From the human T2T-CHM13v2.0 reference genome, Homo sapiens, in the NCBI RefSeq assembly GCF_009914755.1, contig NC_060936.1: a stretch of DNA of 64,000 nucleotides, one strand, 5' to 3'. This document shows, in pieces, positions 44,764 through 58,853 of this stretch. Made by a program: the position numbers and the translations under genes. Each line of letters begins with the position of its first letter. Within the stretch, counting starts at the first letter, position 1. The notes beneath the pieces were generated by a model. That model saw only the letters and a list, made by a program, of their open reading frames with translations, had not been told where the DNA came from and made no database searches.

Positions 44764-45090
44764 TGTTAGGGACTGTAAAGGGTTTGACATTTTACCTTAC
44801 CTCTGAATAAACAAGTTACCCTGCCATAATTTCATGGATTTTGGCAGAAAACATCAGACTTTTGGGTCAGAGATAATGATTTCAACAGCAGTAGCCACAG
44901 TATCATCATTGTTTAGCAACAGTTTTCTAAGCCTAAATTCCTAAAAGATGACATGAGCAAAGCCAGGTGACACACATTTAGTGAGTTATAGTAGAAGAGA
45001 CAAAAACTGAACTTAGAGAACCTAAGTATTTTATAATGGGTAGTAAAAATGCTCGAATTATGTTTCAGCAGAAAACACTAGCCTGTCATG
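44764..45090 (-). mobile_element. LTR40-like ERVL LTR, partial
   Basis: attttaccttac...acaagttaccctgccataatttcatggattttggcagaa...gggtcagaga matches the reverse of the LTR40 3' end. Confidence 0.7.
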
Positions 45091-45136
45091 ACTTCTAACA
45101 TTAGACATTGTGTCTTTTTGTACTTTATATAAAGGG

Positions 45137-45194
45137 TATATATATATATATATTTGTGTGTATATATATATATATATACGTATGTATATATATA
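45137..45194. repeat. (TA)n-rich microsatellite
   Basis: Seen directly. Confidence 0.95.
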
Positions 45195-46874
45195 CAGTCT
45201 ACTACTTTGAACTTCTTTTACTCAATGTGATTTTTATAACATTTACTTATAATGTTGCCTATAGTCATAAGTGCATTGTTTTAAATTTTCATCTAGTTTT
45301 TATTTTCATCAAACTTACTTATACAGGTACCATGATTTAAAGAAGCAACTGGATTCACACATGCTGCTAGGAAAACAGCAGGGCAATGACAATTTTCAAC
45401 CTACTTTCAAAAGTGTTTACTTCCATATCTCTAAATAATATTCTTATATCATTTTTCCTAGTTTTTCAGTTTGAGATATTGTCTATTGACTTCTTGCTAT
45501 GGAAGATCAGGATTTAACCCTCTTTCATACACTCCCAGACTCCTATTTTATTTACACCTCCCACCATCCCAAAAGTTATATTCTAATTTTGATTATATAG
45601 AAATTCAGTATTTATGGTGACATGGCTATTTATAGCTAAACCAATAATTGTCTTATATTTCCTTTGTTTTATTTTCTATGTTCTGTTCACTAAATTAACC
45701 CAAAATTTATTGTCTCACTACACTAGAAAACTTTAGATCGTCCATCAATATAATCATCTAAGAACCCTCTCCCAGATTATTCTGATTGAGTTTAGTCTTA
45801 TCCGGCTATTCTTTAGGCCTGGTGTGTGGACATATTCCTTCACAATTTTCCTAAATATTCTCTGCTTTTTTTCTTAGATTAGATTCGCTGTTACTTGAAT
45901 CACATATTAACTTATTTGTTATTTTAATCTCTTGTTATTACAAAGCACATTCTCTAAGGAAGGTAAAATTATACATCTTGCATGTCTGTAAATATGTCAA
46001 TTCTACCTGAAATGCTTAGGTGAAAACTCGATGAAATTTCAGGTTGGAAATAATTTTCCTTCAGAATTTAAAAAGTGAAGCTCTACTGTCTTCCAATTTT
46101 CAATATTGCTATAAAGAAAACTAGTGCCATTTTGATTTTTTACTCTGAATAAAACCTTCCTCTCTTCTTGTCTTTCTCTCTCTGCATAAATTGCAGAAAC
46201 ATCTCCCTGTTTGGTATTTTGAAATATGAAAATGTGTCTTGTTATAGGTCTATTTTCATACAAGGTGAGATGGCCTCACTAATTCGTTTCCGTCTGAAAA
46301 CTTCATTTAGTTCAAGGATTTTTTTGAATTAGCTTTGAATTAGTTCTTCCATCTTCTCTCTGACTTTCTAGTATTTTCATTTTCTGGGATTTAACCTCCT
46401 GAAATAGATTGTACATAGGTTGTTGTTTATTTTTAAGTCTTTGATTTCTTAATTTCTATTGCTTTCTCTTTGGCTATACCTTCAAGAAAATCTCCTTTAT
46501 TTTCCAACCCTTAATTAGTTCTATTTTAAGTTTTTTAAACCATTTAATTATATTTTTGTTTCAAGATTACAATATTATTTCTTATTTTTCTGAGGAAAAT
46601 AATTGCCTTTCTCTCATATTCTCTCTCTCCTTTAAATTATTTTTTGACTTCGCATAATTGATGATATATTATAAATTATTGTTTTATTTTGTTTTTATTA
46701 CTATTTATTACATTATAACTTTTTCTTAAATGTGTATTTATCCTTGGCAGTATGAGAGCACCTGGCTTTATTAAAATCAAGGTGCTCTGTAAAAGACATT
46801 TCTTTGGGAGTTAGCTAATGGAATTATATTCAACTTTGCATTTCTTAAAAAGATCAGATTTCCAATTGTGAATC

Positions 46875-47240
46875 TGATTAGTCTGTTTACACACTACTAT
46901 GAAGAAATACCTATGGCTGGATAATTTATAAAGGAAAGATGTTTAATTGACTCACAGTTCTGCATTCCTGGGGAGGCCTCAGGAAACTTACAATCATGGC
47001 AGAAGAAAAAGGAGAAGCAGGCACCTTCTTCATAGGGAGGCAGGAGGAGTGAGTGCAAGCAGGGGAAATGCCAGACGCTTATAAAAACATCAGATCCTGT
47101 GAGACTCACTCACTATCATGAGAACAGCATGGGAGAAACTGCCCCCATGATCAAATTACCTCCACCTTGTCTCCCCCTTGACACATGGGGATTACAATTC
47201 AAGATGAGATTTGGGGTGGGGACACAGCCAAACCATATCA
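46875..47240 (-). mobile_element. THE1D/MSTA-like solo LTR
   Basis: ggaggcctcaggaaacttacaatcatggc...gacacagccaaaccatatca. Confidence 0.92.
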
Positions 47241-47259
47241 GACAGATAGCTATTCTTAA

Positions 47260-49295
47260 TCAAGTCACATATATGGGTCTTATCAAAAGCTGTAGGATTA
47301 AAGTTAAAAAAAAGTGCTTACAGGAAAATTTGTAGTCTTAAAATTCATGTATAAAAATAAGTAAGATTGGAAATCAAAAGGCTCAACTTTTAGCTCAAAA
47401 TCTAGAAAAAGAATAGCAAATTAATTCCCCACAAGGACAAGAAAGTTAATTTGTAAAAAAGCAGAAGCGAATGATTGATAGAGAATAGAAAAGAACAATT
47501 TTTAAAAAATGGAAGAACCAAATATTAATTCTTTGAATAAAATTAAGTGCCTCAAAATTATTTAAGATTTCAAAAATTCCAAATAAAAATAATGATATGA
47601 CTCAAGTATTGTTGACATTAAAATAATGTTTGTACAAACTGTTATAATAATCATTTGACAATTGAAATTCAATTAAAAAAATCTTTTGTAAATCAATTTA
47701 CCAAAAATGACAAAAAAAGTAAATAAAAATTCTGAATAATTTGGCATCTATTAAATAAGTTAACGATCATAAATAAAAGATGCAGATATCACAAATAAAA
47801 TGTTCACATACGGCATTCAGCAATTTATAAAAAAGGAAAAATATCCAGTTGGGTTTTAGTCTTAGACTATAAAAATGATTAACATTTTAATATATATCAA
47901 TGCTTTTTATCACACTAAAAAAAAGAAAATTCGGCTGTCCCAATAAATTCAAATAAAGTACTTGACAAAGTTCTTTCCCAATTTATTATAGAAGCTCTTG
48001 GAAAGTTAAGTATATAAAGAAACATCCTTAGTATAATTTTAAAAAAATGCAGAAAACCCTATAATTTTTAATAGTGAAATTTTAGAAGCTACCCACCTAA
48101 AAAGGTAAAATATGCTTGAATGCTCTCATTGCTTGCATTCGAAATTGTATTGGATGTCCTATGCAGTTCATTATGACAATTAAAATATCATTTAAATCCA
48201 TCAAAATTAAAAAGAGAAGAGTGAAGCATATAAAGACCACTCCAGAGATCTTTGGACTTTATCTCTTGAGTACTTGTAAGTACAGGGTGTTAAAGAAACT
48301 GCTTGACAGTGGAGAAAACCATCCAAAAAGACTGAACAGAACAGTCTCCAGGGTTATCACAGGGCCAGGTCCCAACCTACCAGACTTTTAATTCAAATAG
48401 AGGCCTTATCTTAATAATAAGAAACAATTAGCCCTAGACTGAGCAATACTTTAGACCTACTAGACAGAGCAATACTTTAGACTTACCTAACAAATCATAA
48501 GAACATGACCCAAAGGACAAACTGTTTCCAAATAACTTAACTGGACCTTGGGACAAAGGTTTAAAATATGGAGAAACAAAAATATCTAGCACATAACAAG
48601 GTAAAGTTTACAATGTCTAGCATCCAATAAGATTAACAAGCATACAGAAAAGCAGAAAAACACAAAATATAAGGTGAAAAAATAATAAAACAGAATTAAC
48701 ATAAAAGTTAAAATTAAGAGAAAAGAACAACAAAATAGTTATCATAACCATTCCCTACGTTCATTAATATTAGGGAAAGACAAGACATGTAAAATATATA
48801 TAAATCAATTTTATGGACATGAAAACCACAATGTCTGAGATAAAAGATACACTAGATAGAATTCAGGGTACAATAAACATTATGGAAGAAAAGATAAGTA
48901 AACTTTAAGGTATAGCAATAAAATTAATCCAAAAAGAAACACAGAAAAAATATGTTTAAAAAAATAAAAATAACATCTTTGAGCTATGGAACAAATCCAA
49001 GTTGCTTAATATACTCATAATTTGAGTTCTTTAAGGAGAAGAGTAAGAAGAGGATACAGAAAATTATTTGAAGAAATAATAACCTAAAATTTTCCAATCT
49101 TGATAAAAATTATAAACCCATAGATTTAAGAAACTTAAGAAAACTCAAGAACAAGAAACTAAAATATAACTATACCAAGGCACATTATAATAAAATAGCT
49201 TAAAATATATATACTAGAATATACATAACACCACTTTTCAAAATAGCCTCAAACTGAAATATAAACAAATCTCCATCAGCAGTCAAGTGGATACA
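47260..49295 (+). mobile_element. Ancient L1M fragments (ORF2 pieces, ORF1 piece 48540-49205, 3' piece 49215-49295)
   Basis: A-rich decayed L1 motifs (aatctagaaaaagaatagcaaatta; tttgaagaaataataacctaaaattttccaa). Confidence 0.65.
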
Positions 49296-49875
49296 AGATG
49301 TCACCACTGTGGCTGACTAGAGTCATGCAGAGCTTATCTCCTCCACAAAGAAGAACCAAAGCAGTGAGTAGATAACTACACATCAAATACCGTGTCTAAG
49401 GGAGAACATTGGTATTCAGCAGGGAAATGACAGGGCCCCTCTCAATCTTGGACACTAAAGATGGCAGTATACAGAAGGAAGTGAAGCAGGCAGGAAGGCT
49501 CCCTACTGTGAGAAAAGGTAAATTAAAGATCCCTATAGTAAATATTCTCACCATAGAAGCCTGAAATTCTAGCAACTGGACAGCCTCCCAGCCCTCTGAT
49601 AGTACCTGAGTCTAAAACAACTAGCTGTATGGAATCCATGTAACTACATTGTCTCAAAGAGAGAACTCACACTGGGTCTCCACCCCGCACCCTTTGAGCC
49701 AGGGTGTTGCAACCTGGCGACATTTTGAGAGTGGAGCCAACACCAGGCTACATCTTGCTCAATAACCCCTGCATCACTGGGGGCCTGACATTTCCCAACA
49801 TCCACTCAGGGTACTGCAGTGTTGTGGCACCAGCTGGACCTAGTAGTGCAGCCATATCCCCACCTAGGGATGCAC

Positions 49876-50027
49876 CTGAGATAAAAGATACACTAGATAC
49901 AATTCGGGGTATAATAAACATTATGGAAGAAAAGATAAGTAAACTTTAAGATATAGCAATAAAAACAATCCAAAAAGAAACACACAGCAAAAATAATTTT
50001 GAAAAATAAAAATAGCATCATTGAGCT
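49876..50027 (+). repeat. ~150-bp copy of 48835-48985 inserted in the L1MA 5'UTR
   Basis: ctgagataaaagatacactagata...gagct present at both positions, ~90% identical. Confidence 0.95.
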
Positions 50028-50966
50028 TGGCTCATGCTTGGCTCATTGAGCTTGGCTCTATTCTCTAAGGAACAGATGATCCAGCACATGAGAGAGACTG
50101 CTGCCAGGACATAGGGAGACAAAGCCTTTGCTTCCCAGAGTCTGGGAACCAACTTTCTCAGGGCCATCACTGCTGCCAGCAGTCCTACCTGCTCCAGCAG
50201 CGGGGGCACAGTGCACCTGTGATCACCACCCAGGGACCCAAAATACTGCCTGACTGGGCTACAGCTGCTTCTGCAGGCACTCATGCATGGTGTCGGGGGT
50301 CCCAAGGACTGGCCAGCCTAGCCCACCACCAGCACTTCTAGGGCCCATATAAGCCACTTAGGGGACTAAGAGCCTGTCTGCCTGGTACCCTCGGCCCCCA
50401 CTGAGGGTGCCCATATACACCACTCAGAGGCCTGAGGGCTGGCCCACCTAGTGCCCTAGTCCCCAGCAAAGCCTCATGATAGACCCCACAAACAACTGGC
50501 ACCTAAGCCCCTGAGGAACTTGCAGATACAGCTGGCATTGATTACAGCTGAAGAAATTACATGATGATTCCACTATGGTAGCCACTCAGAACCAAAGCCA
50601 AAATACCCTACCCAAATGACATTATGGATACATACACAGGAAAAGGTTGTTTTCCACAAAAGCTGTTCCTAAAAGTGGAAGAAGCAACTGTGACAACAGA
50701 TGCACAAATATCAGCATAAGGATTCAAGAAACATGAAAAAACAAGGAAACATACCTCTAAATGAACACAATTCTCCAGTACCAGACTCCAAAGAAAAAGA
50801 AACTTACGAAATGCCTAAAAAAGAATTCAGAAAAAATCATATTAAGGAAACATAGCAACATTCAAGATAACCTAGATAGATGATACAAAGAAATCAGAAA
50901 AAGAATTCATGATCTGAATGAGAAATTTAATAAAAAGATATATATTATGAAAAACAACCAGACAGT

Positions 50967-51224
50967 GGCCAGGCATGGTGGCACGTGCCTGTAATCCCAG
51001 TACCTTGTGAGGCTGAGGCAGGTGTTGAGGTCTGGAGTTCAAGACCAGGTTAGACAACATGGCAAAACCTCATCTTCACTAAAAGTACAAAAATTGTCTG
51101 GGTGTAGTGGTGTGCATCTGTGGTCTCAGCTACTCAGGTGGCTGAGGCATGAGAATTGCTTGAACTCAGGACGCAGAGGTTGCAATGATCCAAGATCACA
51201 CCACTTCACTCCAGCCTGGGTCAC
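50967..51224 (+). mobile_element. Old Alu (AluSz/Jb-like) lacking 3' end and poly(A)
   Basis: ggccaggcatggtggcacgtgcctgtaatcccag...cactccagcctggg. Confidence 0.92.
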
Positions 51225-52520
51225 TCAGCCACAGAGAAAAACACTGGAACTGAATAATTCAATGAATAAAATAAATACGATCAAGTATTTCAACAATAGA
51301 TCAAGCAGAAGAAAAAAATTCTGAACATGAAAACAGGTTTTCTGAAATAATTCAGTTAGACAAAAAATAATATTTTAATAAAAGAAAACCTATGTGACAT
51401 ATGGGACACCATCAAGTGAACAAATATTTGGATTTTTGGATTTCCAGAAGGAGAAGATATAGGAAAAGACATAGACAAACTATTCAATAAGATAATACTT
51501 GAAAACTTCCTAAGTCATAGAAAATATATAAATATCCAGATACAAGAAATTCCAAAATGTCACAATAACTTCAACCAAAAAGGTTTTCTCTAAGGGCTAT
51601 TAAAGTTAAATAGAAAAAGCCAAAGACAAAGGGCAAATTCCAAAAACAACAAGAGCAAACTGTCAAATCACATATAAGGAAATCTGTCAGACTAACAGCA
51701 GATTTTGCAGTGGAAATATTACAGATTAGGAAAGAATGGAGTGATATACTGGAAGCACTGGAAGAAAAAAAAAATGCCAATCAAGAATACCATACCCAGC
51801 AAAGATAATCTTCAAAAATAAAGGAGAAAAAATGTTTTTCCCAGACAAGGATAAACCAAGATACTTTAGTACCACTAAACTGGCCTTACCAGAAATGCTT
51901 AAGGGGGTACTACATCTTGAAGTAAAAGAACAATACATACCATGATGAAAACACACAGAAGTATAAAACTCACTGGTGGAGCAGATACACAAATGAGAAA
52001 GAGAAAGAAATCAAACTTCATCATTACAGAAAACAACAAAACCACACAGACAATAAGAGAAAAAAGAAGGAAACAAAGGATACACAAAATAATAAGAAAT
52101 GAGTTAAAATAACAGAAGTTCACACCTATCAATAGCAATCTTGGATGTAAATAATTTAAATTCTCCAATTCAAAAAATATAGAGTGCCTGAAGGAAAAAA
52201 CAAAACAAACAAACCAAAACCAAAACAAAAGCAAAAAAGCAAGACTATATGCTGCCTACAAGAGATTTACTTCAAGTGCAAAGATACCCACAGACTAAAG
52301 GTGATGGGATGAAAAAGATATTCCATATAAACAGAAAGCAAAAGTGTGCAGGAATAGGAATCATACAAAATGACTTTAAGTAAAAAAAAACACATAAAAT
52401 AGACAAAGAAGGTTATTACAGGTCATTATAGAATGATCAATGGATTAATCCAGCAAGAAGATATAATAGTTATTAATATATATGCACCAAAAGCTAGAGA
52501 ACCTAGATATGTCAAACAAA

Positions 52521-54085
52521 TGTCACAGGATCTGTAGTGTGTTGCTTTTCCAGCCAGAAACCTCTGGGGCTGGTGGCACCTTTGCCCAAATTTTGCTCAA
52601 TTCCCTGGGTTTATTCTGCCCATTCAGCCTGGCAGCTTGTGCTCAGCTCATGTTACTGGCTCAGATTCCACACTTGTCAAGGGCGAGCCAGGCACGGTGC
52701 AGCAAGGGGTATGTGAGCAACCATGGGGTCCAGTCACTGTGCTAGGAACGTGGGCTGCAGGAGGATGGGTAGCTCCAGGCGCTAGCATAGGTGCTGGCTT
52801 CATTCAAGGCTGCAGTTGAACCAGGCGTACCACAAGCAGCTTCCACTCTGGGCACTGGGGAACGTGGTGGTACCTGGAAGCTTGGTGATGCTAGGAACCA
52901 CAAAGCCCGAAAGAGGGTTTCACAGTCCTGGCTCAGGAAAACCCTAGGTCTGGGCTTCCCTAAGAGCCGTAGCTCTTCTCTCTTTCTTGTTCCCCACACG
53001 TGGCAAGTGGGGAGTGTGTTTCAGCCCTGTTCGCATTACAGCTCTTTCAGTCCCACCATTTGGCGGGTCCTGAGTTCTTGTCCCCCATCCAGAAAGAATG
53101 AGGTATGCGAACAACTGGAGAGTGAGCAAGGTGGAGAAGAGCTTCATTGAGCAACAGAACAGCTCTCAGGAGACCCAAATGGATCAGTTCATCCCAACAA
53201 GTGTCCAGCTCTCAGCACAGAGGAGACCCGTGGTGGGCAGCTCCTTTCTACAGGCAGGTCGTTCTGAAGAGTAGAGGAGACCTGAAGTGTGTAGCTCCCT
53301 CCTGCATCTGGTAATCCCAATGTCTGTCTGAGTCTAGCTGAGTCCAGGATTTTCACGGGCTCAGAAGGGAGGAAGTGTGTGCTGATTGGTCCATGGACAG
53401 CCATAGGCGGGTCCAAAAAACCACCATAAGTTCTCACTCCTGATGGTGGACTCCATCTGGAACTGACAGCCTAGCCTCCAGGCTTTGGGTGAACACTGAC
53501 TTGAAGGTGGGGCTTCACAGGGGACCCGCCCCTTTCTGTCCAGGAGTCTGTCTGACTCTTGCTGCCATTAACATGTCATCCATGGCACCCAGGCTGTTTG
53601 TGCTAAGGGTCACCTGCAGGCTCACACTGAGCTGCCCTCAGCACCCCACAGGCCTCCCTCCTGCACTTGTCAGCACCCAAGTTCTGGAGGGGGCTGAGGT
53701 GGGGCTGGGAGGGTGCTAGCGTGTCAGTGCTGCCCTGAGTGTGTGCACACGTGGCCAGGTTGTGACAGTGCCTGGGCTTGGCAACAACTTTGCTCCAAAA
53801 TTGGAGTGGTCACCAGGAGCAGGGAGAGGCCAGTGAGAGGAAGCAGGCACTTCTGACCCTGTGTGGGCAGAGGGGCTTCCCAGGTTCCCGAGAGCACAAG
53901 GATGCCCAGGTAGGGAGCTGTGGCTGGGTGGCTGTAGCTGTGCCTGGGAGCATGGGGCTCCTACTTCACCTCAGTAGCGGGAGGGGCTCCCGCCTGATCC
54001 CAGCTCCTGTTGACCTGTGGAACCTGCAAACCCAGCCGTGCCTCCCCAGCTGCAGCCAGCATCTTCCTGGCGGCTGCTCCCATCA
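52521..54085 (-). mobile_element. MER52-like ERV1 solo LTR (1565 bp)
   Basis: TG...CA termini, perfect 4-bp TSD caaa (52517-52520, 54086-54089), GC-rich; L1 sequence rejoins seamlessly. Confidence 0.88.
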
Positions 54086-56739
54086 CAAATATTATCAGAG
54101 ATAAAGAGAGAGATAGACTTCAGTATAATAATAGTTGGATATTTTACCATCCCGCTTTCAGCATTGGCAGGTCATCTATTAAAAAAATGAACAAAGAAAC
54201 ATTAGGCTTAAACTGCACTGTAGACCAAATGGACCTAACAAACATTTTCAGAACATTTCACCCAACAAATACAGAATCCACATTCTTCTTATCCATACAT
54301 GAAACATTATATAGAATATCTTATAGCTTAGTACAAAAACACATCTCAAAAAATAATTAAAAATCAAAATAATACCAAATATCTTCTCAGACCACAATAA
54401 AATAAAAGATTGATAACAAGAGAAAAATCTGAAAACAGCACAAACACATGGAAATTAAATAACATGCACCTGGATGACCATTGGGTCAATAAAGAAATTA
54501 AGAAGGAAATAAAAAAAAATCCTGAAACAAAAACAGAAAAATGACATACCAAAATCCATGGGATATAGAAAAATAAACAGTACTAAAATGCACATTTAGA
54601 GCAATAAATGTCTACATTTAAAAAAGTAGAAAGATTTCAAACAAAAAACCTAGTGATACACCTCAAGAAACTAGAAAGAATAAACGACATCCCAAATTAG
54701 TAGAAAAAAAGAAATAATAAAATCAGAGCAGAACTAAACAAAATGGAGACAAAAAATACAAAAGGTCAACAAACCAAGAAATGCTTTTTGAAAAGATAAA
54801 CTAATTGTTAGCTACACTAAGAAATAAACATAGAAAACCAAAATAAAATCAGAAATGAAAAAGACATTACAGCTGATACCACAGAAATGCAAATGATCAT
54901 TTGAGACAATTATGAGCATCTATATGCCAACAAATTGGAAAACCCAGAGGAAGTGGATAAATTTTTAGACACATATAATCTACCAATATTGAAAAAGGAA
55001 GAAATAGAAAATTAGAAAAGATCAATAACCAGTAATAAGATTGAATCAGTAATAGTCTCCCGACAAAGAACAGCCCAGAACTTGATGGTTTCACTGCTGA
55101 GTTCTATCAAACTTTTAAAGAAGAACTAATACGAATTCCTCTCAACGTATTCCAAGAAATTGAAGAAGAGAAAAATCTTCCTAAATCACTCTACAAGGCT
55201 AGCATTTCCCTGATACCTGAACAAGACATGGATAAAACAAGAAAAGAAAACTACAGGCCAATATCCCTGATAAATATGGATGCAAAAATCCTCAGCAAAA
55301 CGCTGAAAAACCAAATCCAGCAACACATCAAAAAGATAATACATGATGACCCATTGGAACATTTCACAGGAATACAAAGACTTTCAACACCTGCACATCA
55401 ATTAATGTAGTACTTCACATAGAAGTAATAAAGTACAAATACTATATCATTATTTTCATAGATATAGAAAAGCATTTGATGAAATTTGGCATCTGTACAT
55501 GATAAAAAAGCTCAAAAAATAGGTTTAGAAGGAACATATCTCAACACAATAGAGGCTGTATGTGAAAAACCCATAGCTAAAATCATACTGAATGGGAAAA
55601 AGCTGAAAGTCTTTCTTCTCAGAACTGGAACAAGACAAGGATGCCCACTTTCATCACTTTTATTTTACATAGTACTAAAAGTCTAAGCTGGAGCAATTAG
55701 GAAAAAGAAATAAACAAGTCACTCAAAATGTAAAAGAGCAGGAAAGTAAATAATCTGATGAAAAAGTGGGCAGATGATCTGAATAGACATTACTCAAGAG
55801 AAGACATACAAACAGCCAATAAGTACATGAAACACTGCTCAATATCACTAATCATCAGGTAAACACAAAATGATACCACAGTGAGACCCCATCTCACCAC
55901 AGTTAGAATGGCTATTATCAAAAAGAAAAACAATACAAAACAAATGCTGGCATAGATTCAGGGAAAGGGAACTCTTATACACTGTTGGTGGGGATGTAAA
56001 TTAGGACAGCCATTATGGAAAAACAGTATGTAGGTTTTCCATTAAACTAAAAATAGAATTACCATATTACCCAGAAATCCCAGTACTGGGGATTTGTCCA
56101 AGGGAAAGGAAATCAGTATATGAAATAGATACCTGTGCCCCATGTTTATTGCAGCTCTACCTACAATAGTTGAGATATGGAATCAACAGATGAATAAAGA
56201 AAATGTGGTATATATACACAATACAATATAATTTAGCTACAAAAAAGAATGCAATCTTGTTGTTCATGGCAACATAAATGAGCTTGGAGGACATTATGTT
56301 AAGTGAAATGACTCATGTACAGAAAAATAAATACCACATGTTTCACTGATATGTGGAAGCTAAAAAAATGAGCTCATGGATGTAGAGTAGAATTGTGGTT
56401 ATTAGAGACTGGAGAAGGTAGGGGAAAGGAAAGGATGGAGAGAAGTTGGTTAACAGATATGAAGTTACAGCTAGATTTGAGGTATAAATACTAGTGTTCT
56501 GTAGCACTGTAGGGTGAATATGGTTAACAATAATTTAGTATATATTTTCACAAAGCTAGAAGCAAAAATTTTGAATGTTCACAACACAAAATAATAACAA
56601 ATGTTTGAAGTGATGGATATGCTAATTGCCCTGATGGTAATTGCACATTGTGTATATTTATTGAAATATTACCCTGTATCCCATAAACAGATATAATTAT
56701 TACATGTCAACTAAAAATAATAGGGGAAAATCCAACCGA

Positions 56740-57030
56740 ACAGAAAATTATGGTATGTTTACACAGTGGAATATTATACAGTAATGATTATAAATGAAAT
56801 ACAACTTCAATAATATTTTTAAAAATCTCATAACCATAATGTTGGGTGAAAGATGTTGGACACAAAACACAGTGTCCTGTGTTGTTCCTTTTGTATGAAT
56901 TTCAAATTAGGCATAGCAATACGTATATTTAAAACTCAGGATATTAAATTATTCTCAAAGAAAAGTAGTGGCTGAAAAGGGGTTGAGAGAGACTTAAGAA
57001 ATGCTGGTTATACATTATTTAGTGATCTTA
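56740..57030 (+). mobile_element. L1ME-like 3' remnant (continuation of 49215-49295)
   Basis: aaattatggtatgtttacacagtggaatattatacag follows gtggata in the L1ME consensus. Confidence 0.65.
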
Positions 57031-57194
57031 TGCAAGAAGAGATAAAACTGGATATTATTCAAAGATTATCATCTAAAATTTAAAACATCTATAAACATAC
57101 TGTTTGAATTAATAACTAAGTTGAGTATGATCGTTAAATGTAAATGTACTAGAAGTATATAAGTAAAGCAATATGGAATTTCACAAAGGACTAA

Positions 57195-57800
57195 GAATCG
57201 AGCTACCATTCGATCCAGCTATCCCACTATTGGGTATCTATCCCAGTATTGGGTATCTATCCAATTTTTAAAATATTTTTAGATTAAAAAAATACCCACA
57301 TTGTACATTTATCACAACACTGTTCACAATAGCAAAGATATGGAATCAACCTAATTATCCATCAGTGCATGATTTGCAATATGCATATGCATATTATATC
57401 TAGTGCATATGCAATAGAATATTATTCAGTCATAAAAAAGAACGAGATTATGTCTTTTGCAGGAGCATGGATGGAACTGGAGGACATTATCTTAAGTAAA
57501 ACAAATTAGAAATTAAAGTTAAGTATCTTTTTTACTTTTTCACTTATAAGTGGGAGGTAAACAATGTGTACACATGGATGTAGAGTGTGGAATGTTAGAC
57601 ACTGGAGACTTGGAAGGGTAAGAGTGTGGAACAGGTGAGGAATGAGAAATTACTTAATGGGTACAATGTATATTATTTGGGTGATAGTTCCATTAAAAGC
57701 CCAGACTTCACCACTACACAACATATCTGTGTAACAAAACTGCATGTGTACCTCTAAAATTTATACAAATAAAAAATAAATATTAAAATAATAAATATAA
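57195..57800 (+). mobile_element. L1PB3/4-like 3' end
   Basis: ctaccattcgatccagc...aaaagcccagacttcaccactacacaa...A-rich tail; 19-bp tandem duplication at 57219-57262. Confidence 0.85.
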
Positions 57801-57849
57801 AAATATAAATGTAATATTTAATTTATTTTTAAATAAATGAGCCATGAGC

Positions 57850-58853
57850 AACCCAGAAGTAAAATGTTAGAGAAAGTAAATGTTTATAATAATGTCAAAA
57901 ACCTCAAACACTGAAATATAAACCTATTAAAAATGTGTAAGACCTATACAAAGAAAACAAATTGAGAGAAATTAAATAAACAAATAAGTAGTGGAATTTA
58001 CCATATTCATATATTGGGAGACTCATTATTGCAAAAATAGTGTCCACCCTCCAAAGTGGGACTCAGTTACAGTCCTATTCAAATTCTATTTGGCTTATTT
58101 GTGGAAAGTAATGCTGTTGCAAAATTTTACCTGAAAATGGAAAGGACCAGAAATAGTTAATGCACTCCAGGAGAAGAACAAAAAGGTGAGAAAACTTTCT
58201 CTGCCTAAAATTCATGCTTATTATTAAGCATGCTTATTATTATTAAAGTAATTAAAATATGCTGATACTAATAAATTAGAAATATAAATAAATAAAAAAG
58301 TCTAAGAACAGAAATCGACCCATAAATATATGGTTACCTGATTTATAGAGTATTTCACTGAAATGCTGTGGGTCAAATAGAGTATTTTCAGTATATGTTG
58401 CTGAGTCAGCTGCATATTTCTGTTGAAATAAACTTTGACTCCTACTTCACACCTGATGCAAAAATAAACTTCAGTTAGGTAACAGGTAAAAAAGTGTAAG
58501 ACAAAACAATAGAACTTCTAGAAGAACATGTAAGATAATATCTTCATGTAATTGTGGTAGAAAATTTTTCTTAAATAAGAAGCAAACTGTATCCATCCCT
58601 AAGGGAAAGATTGAAATATTGGATTTTATTAAAATTAAGAATTTCTATTATGACAAGACTATTGAGGAAATCAAAGGAGAATATATTTCCACAATATGTT
58701 TGATGAAGTATTTGTTTCCAAAATTATAAAGAATTTCTACAGATATATAACAAAAGCAGCCAAATTTTACATGTGGTGGTCAAAAGACTTGAAAGTCACT
58801 TCAGAAAGGATGCTATTTAAGTGACCACTAAATATATTTTAAAAGTACCTAAT
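57850..58853 (+). mobile_element. L1ME-like ORF2 remnant (continues in pieces to ~61230)
   Basis: Decayed ORF2 motifs (aaactttgactcctacttcacacc, attaaaattaagaatttct). Confidence 0.7.

Larger units (their letters stand above)
49297..56730 (+). mobile_element. Near full-length L1MA3-like LINE-1 with nested Alu and MER52 and an internal RT deletion
   Basis: GC-rich 5'UTR ~49300-50650; ORF1 ~50730-51950; ORF2 peptides ([19 protein letters not shown]; [15 protein letters not shown]); 3'UTR ending gtcaactaaaaataa; splits an older L1ME 3' region. Confidence 0.88.

Noticed and set aside
52482-54360. Cluster of overlapping ORFs
   Set aside because: Expected from GC-rich LTR sequence; no gag/pol/env similarity
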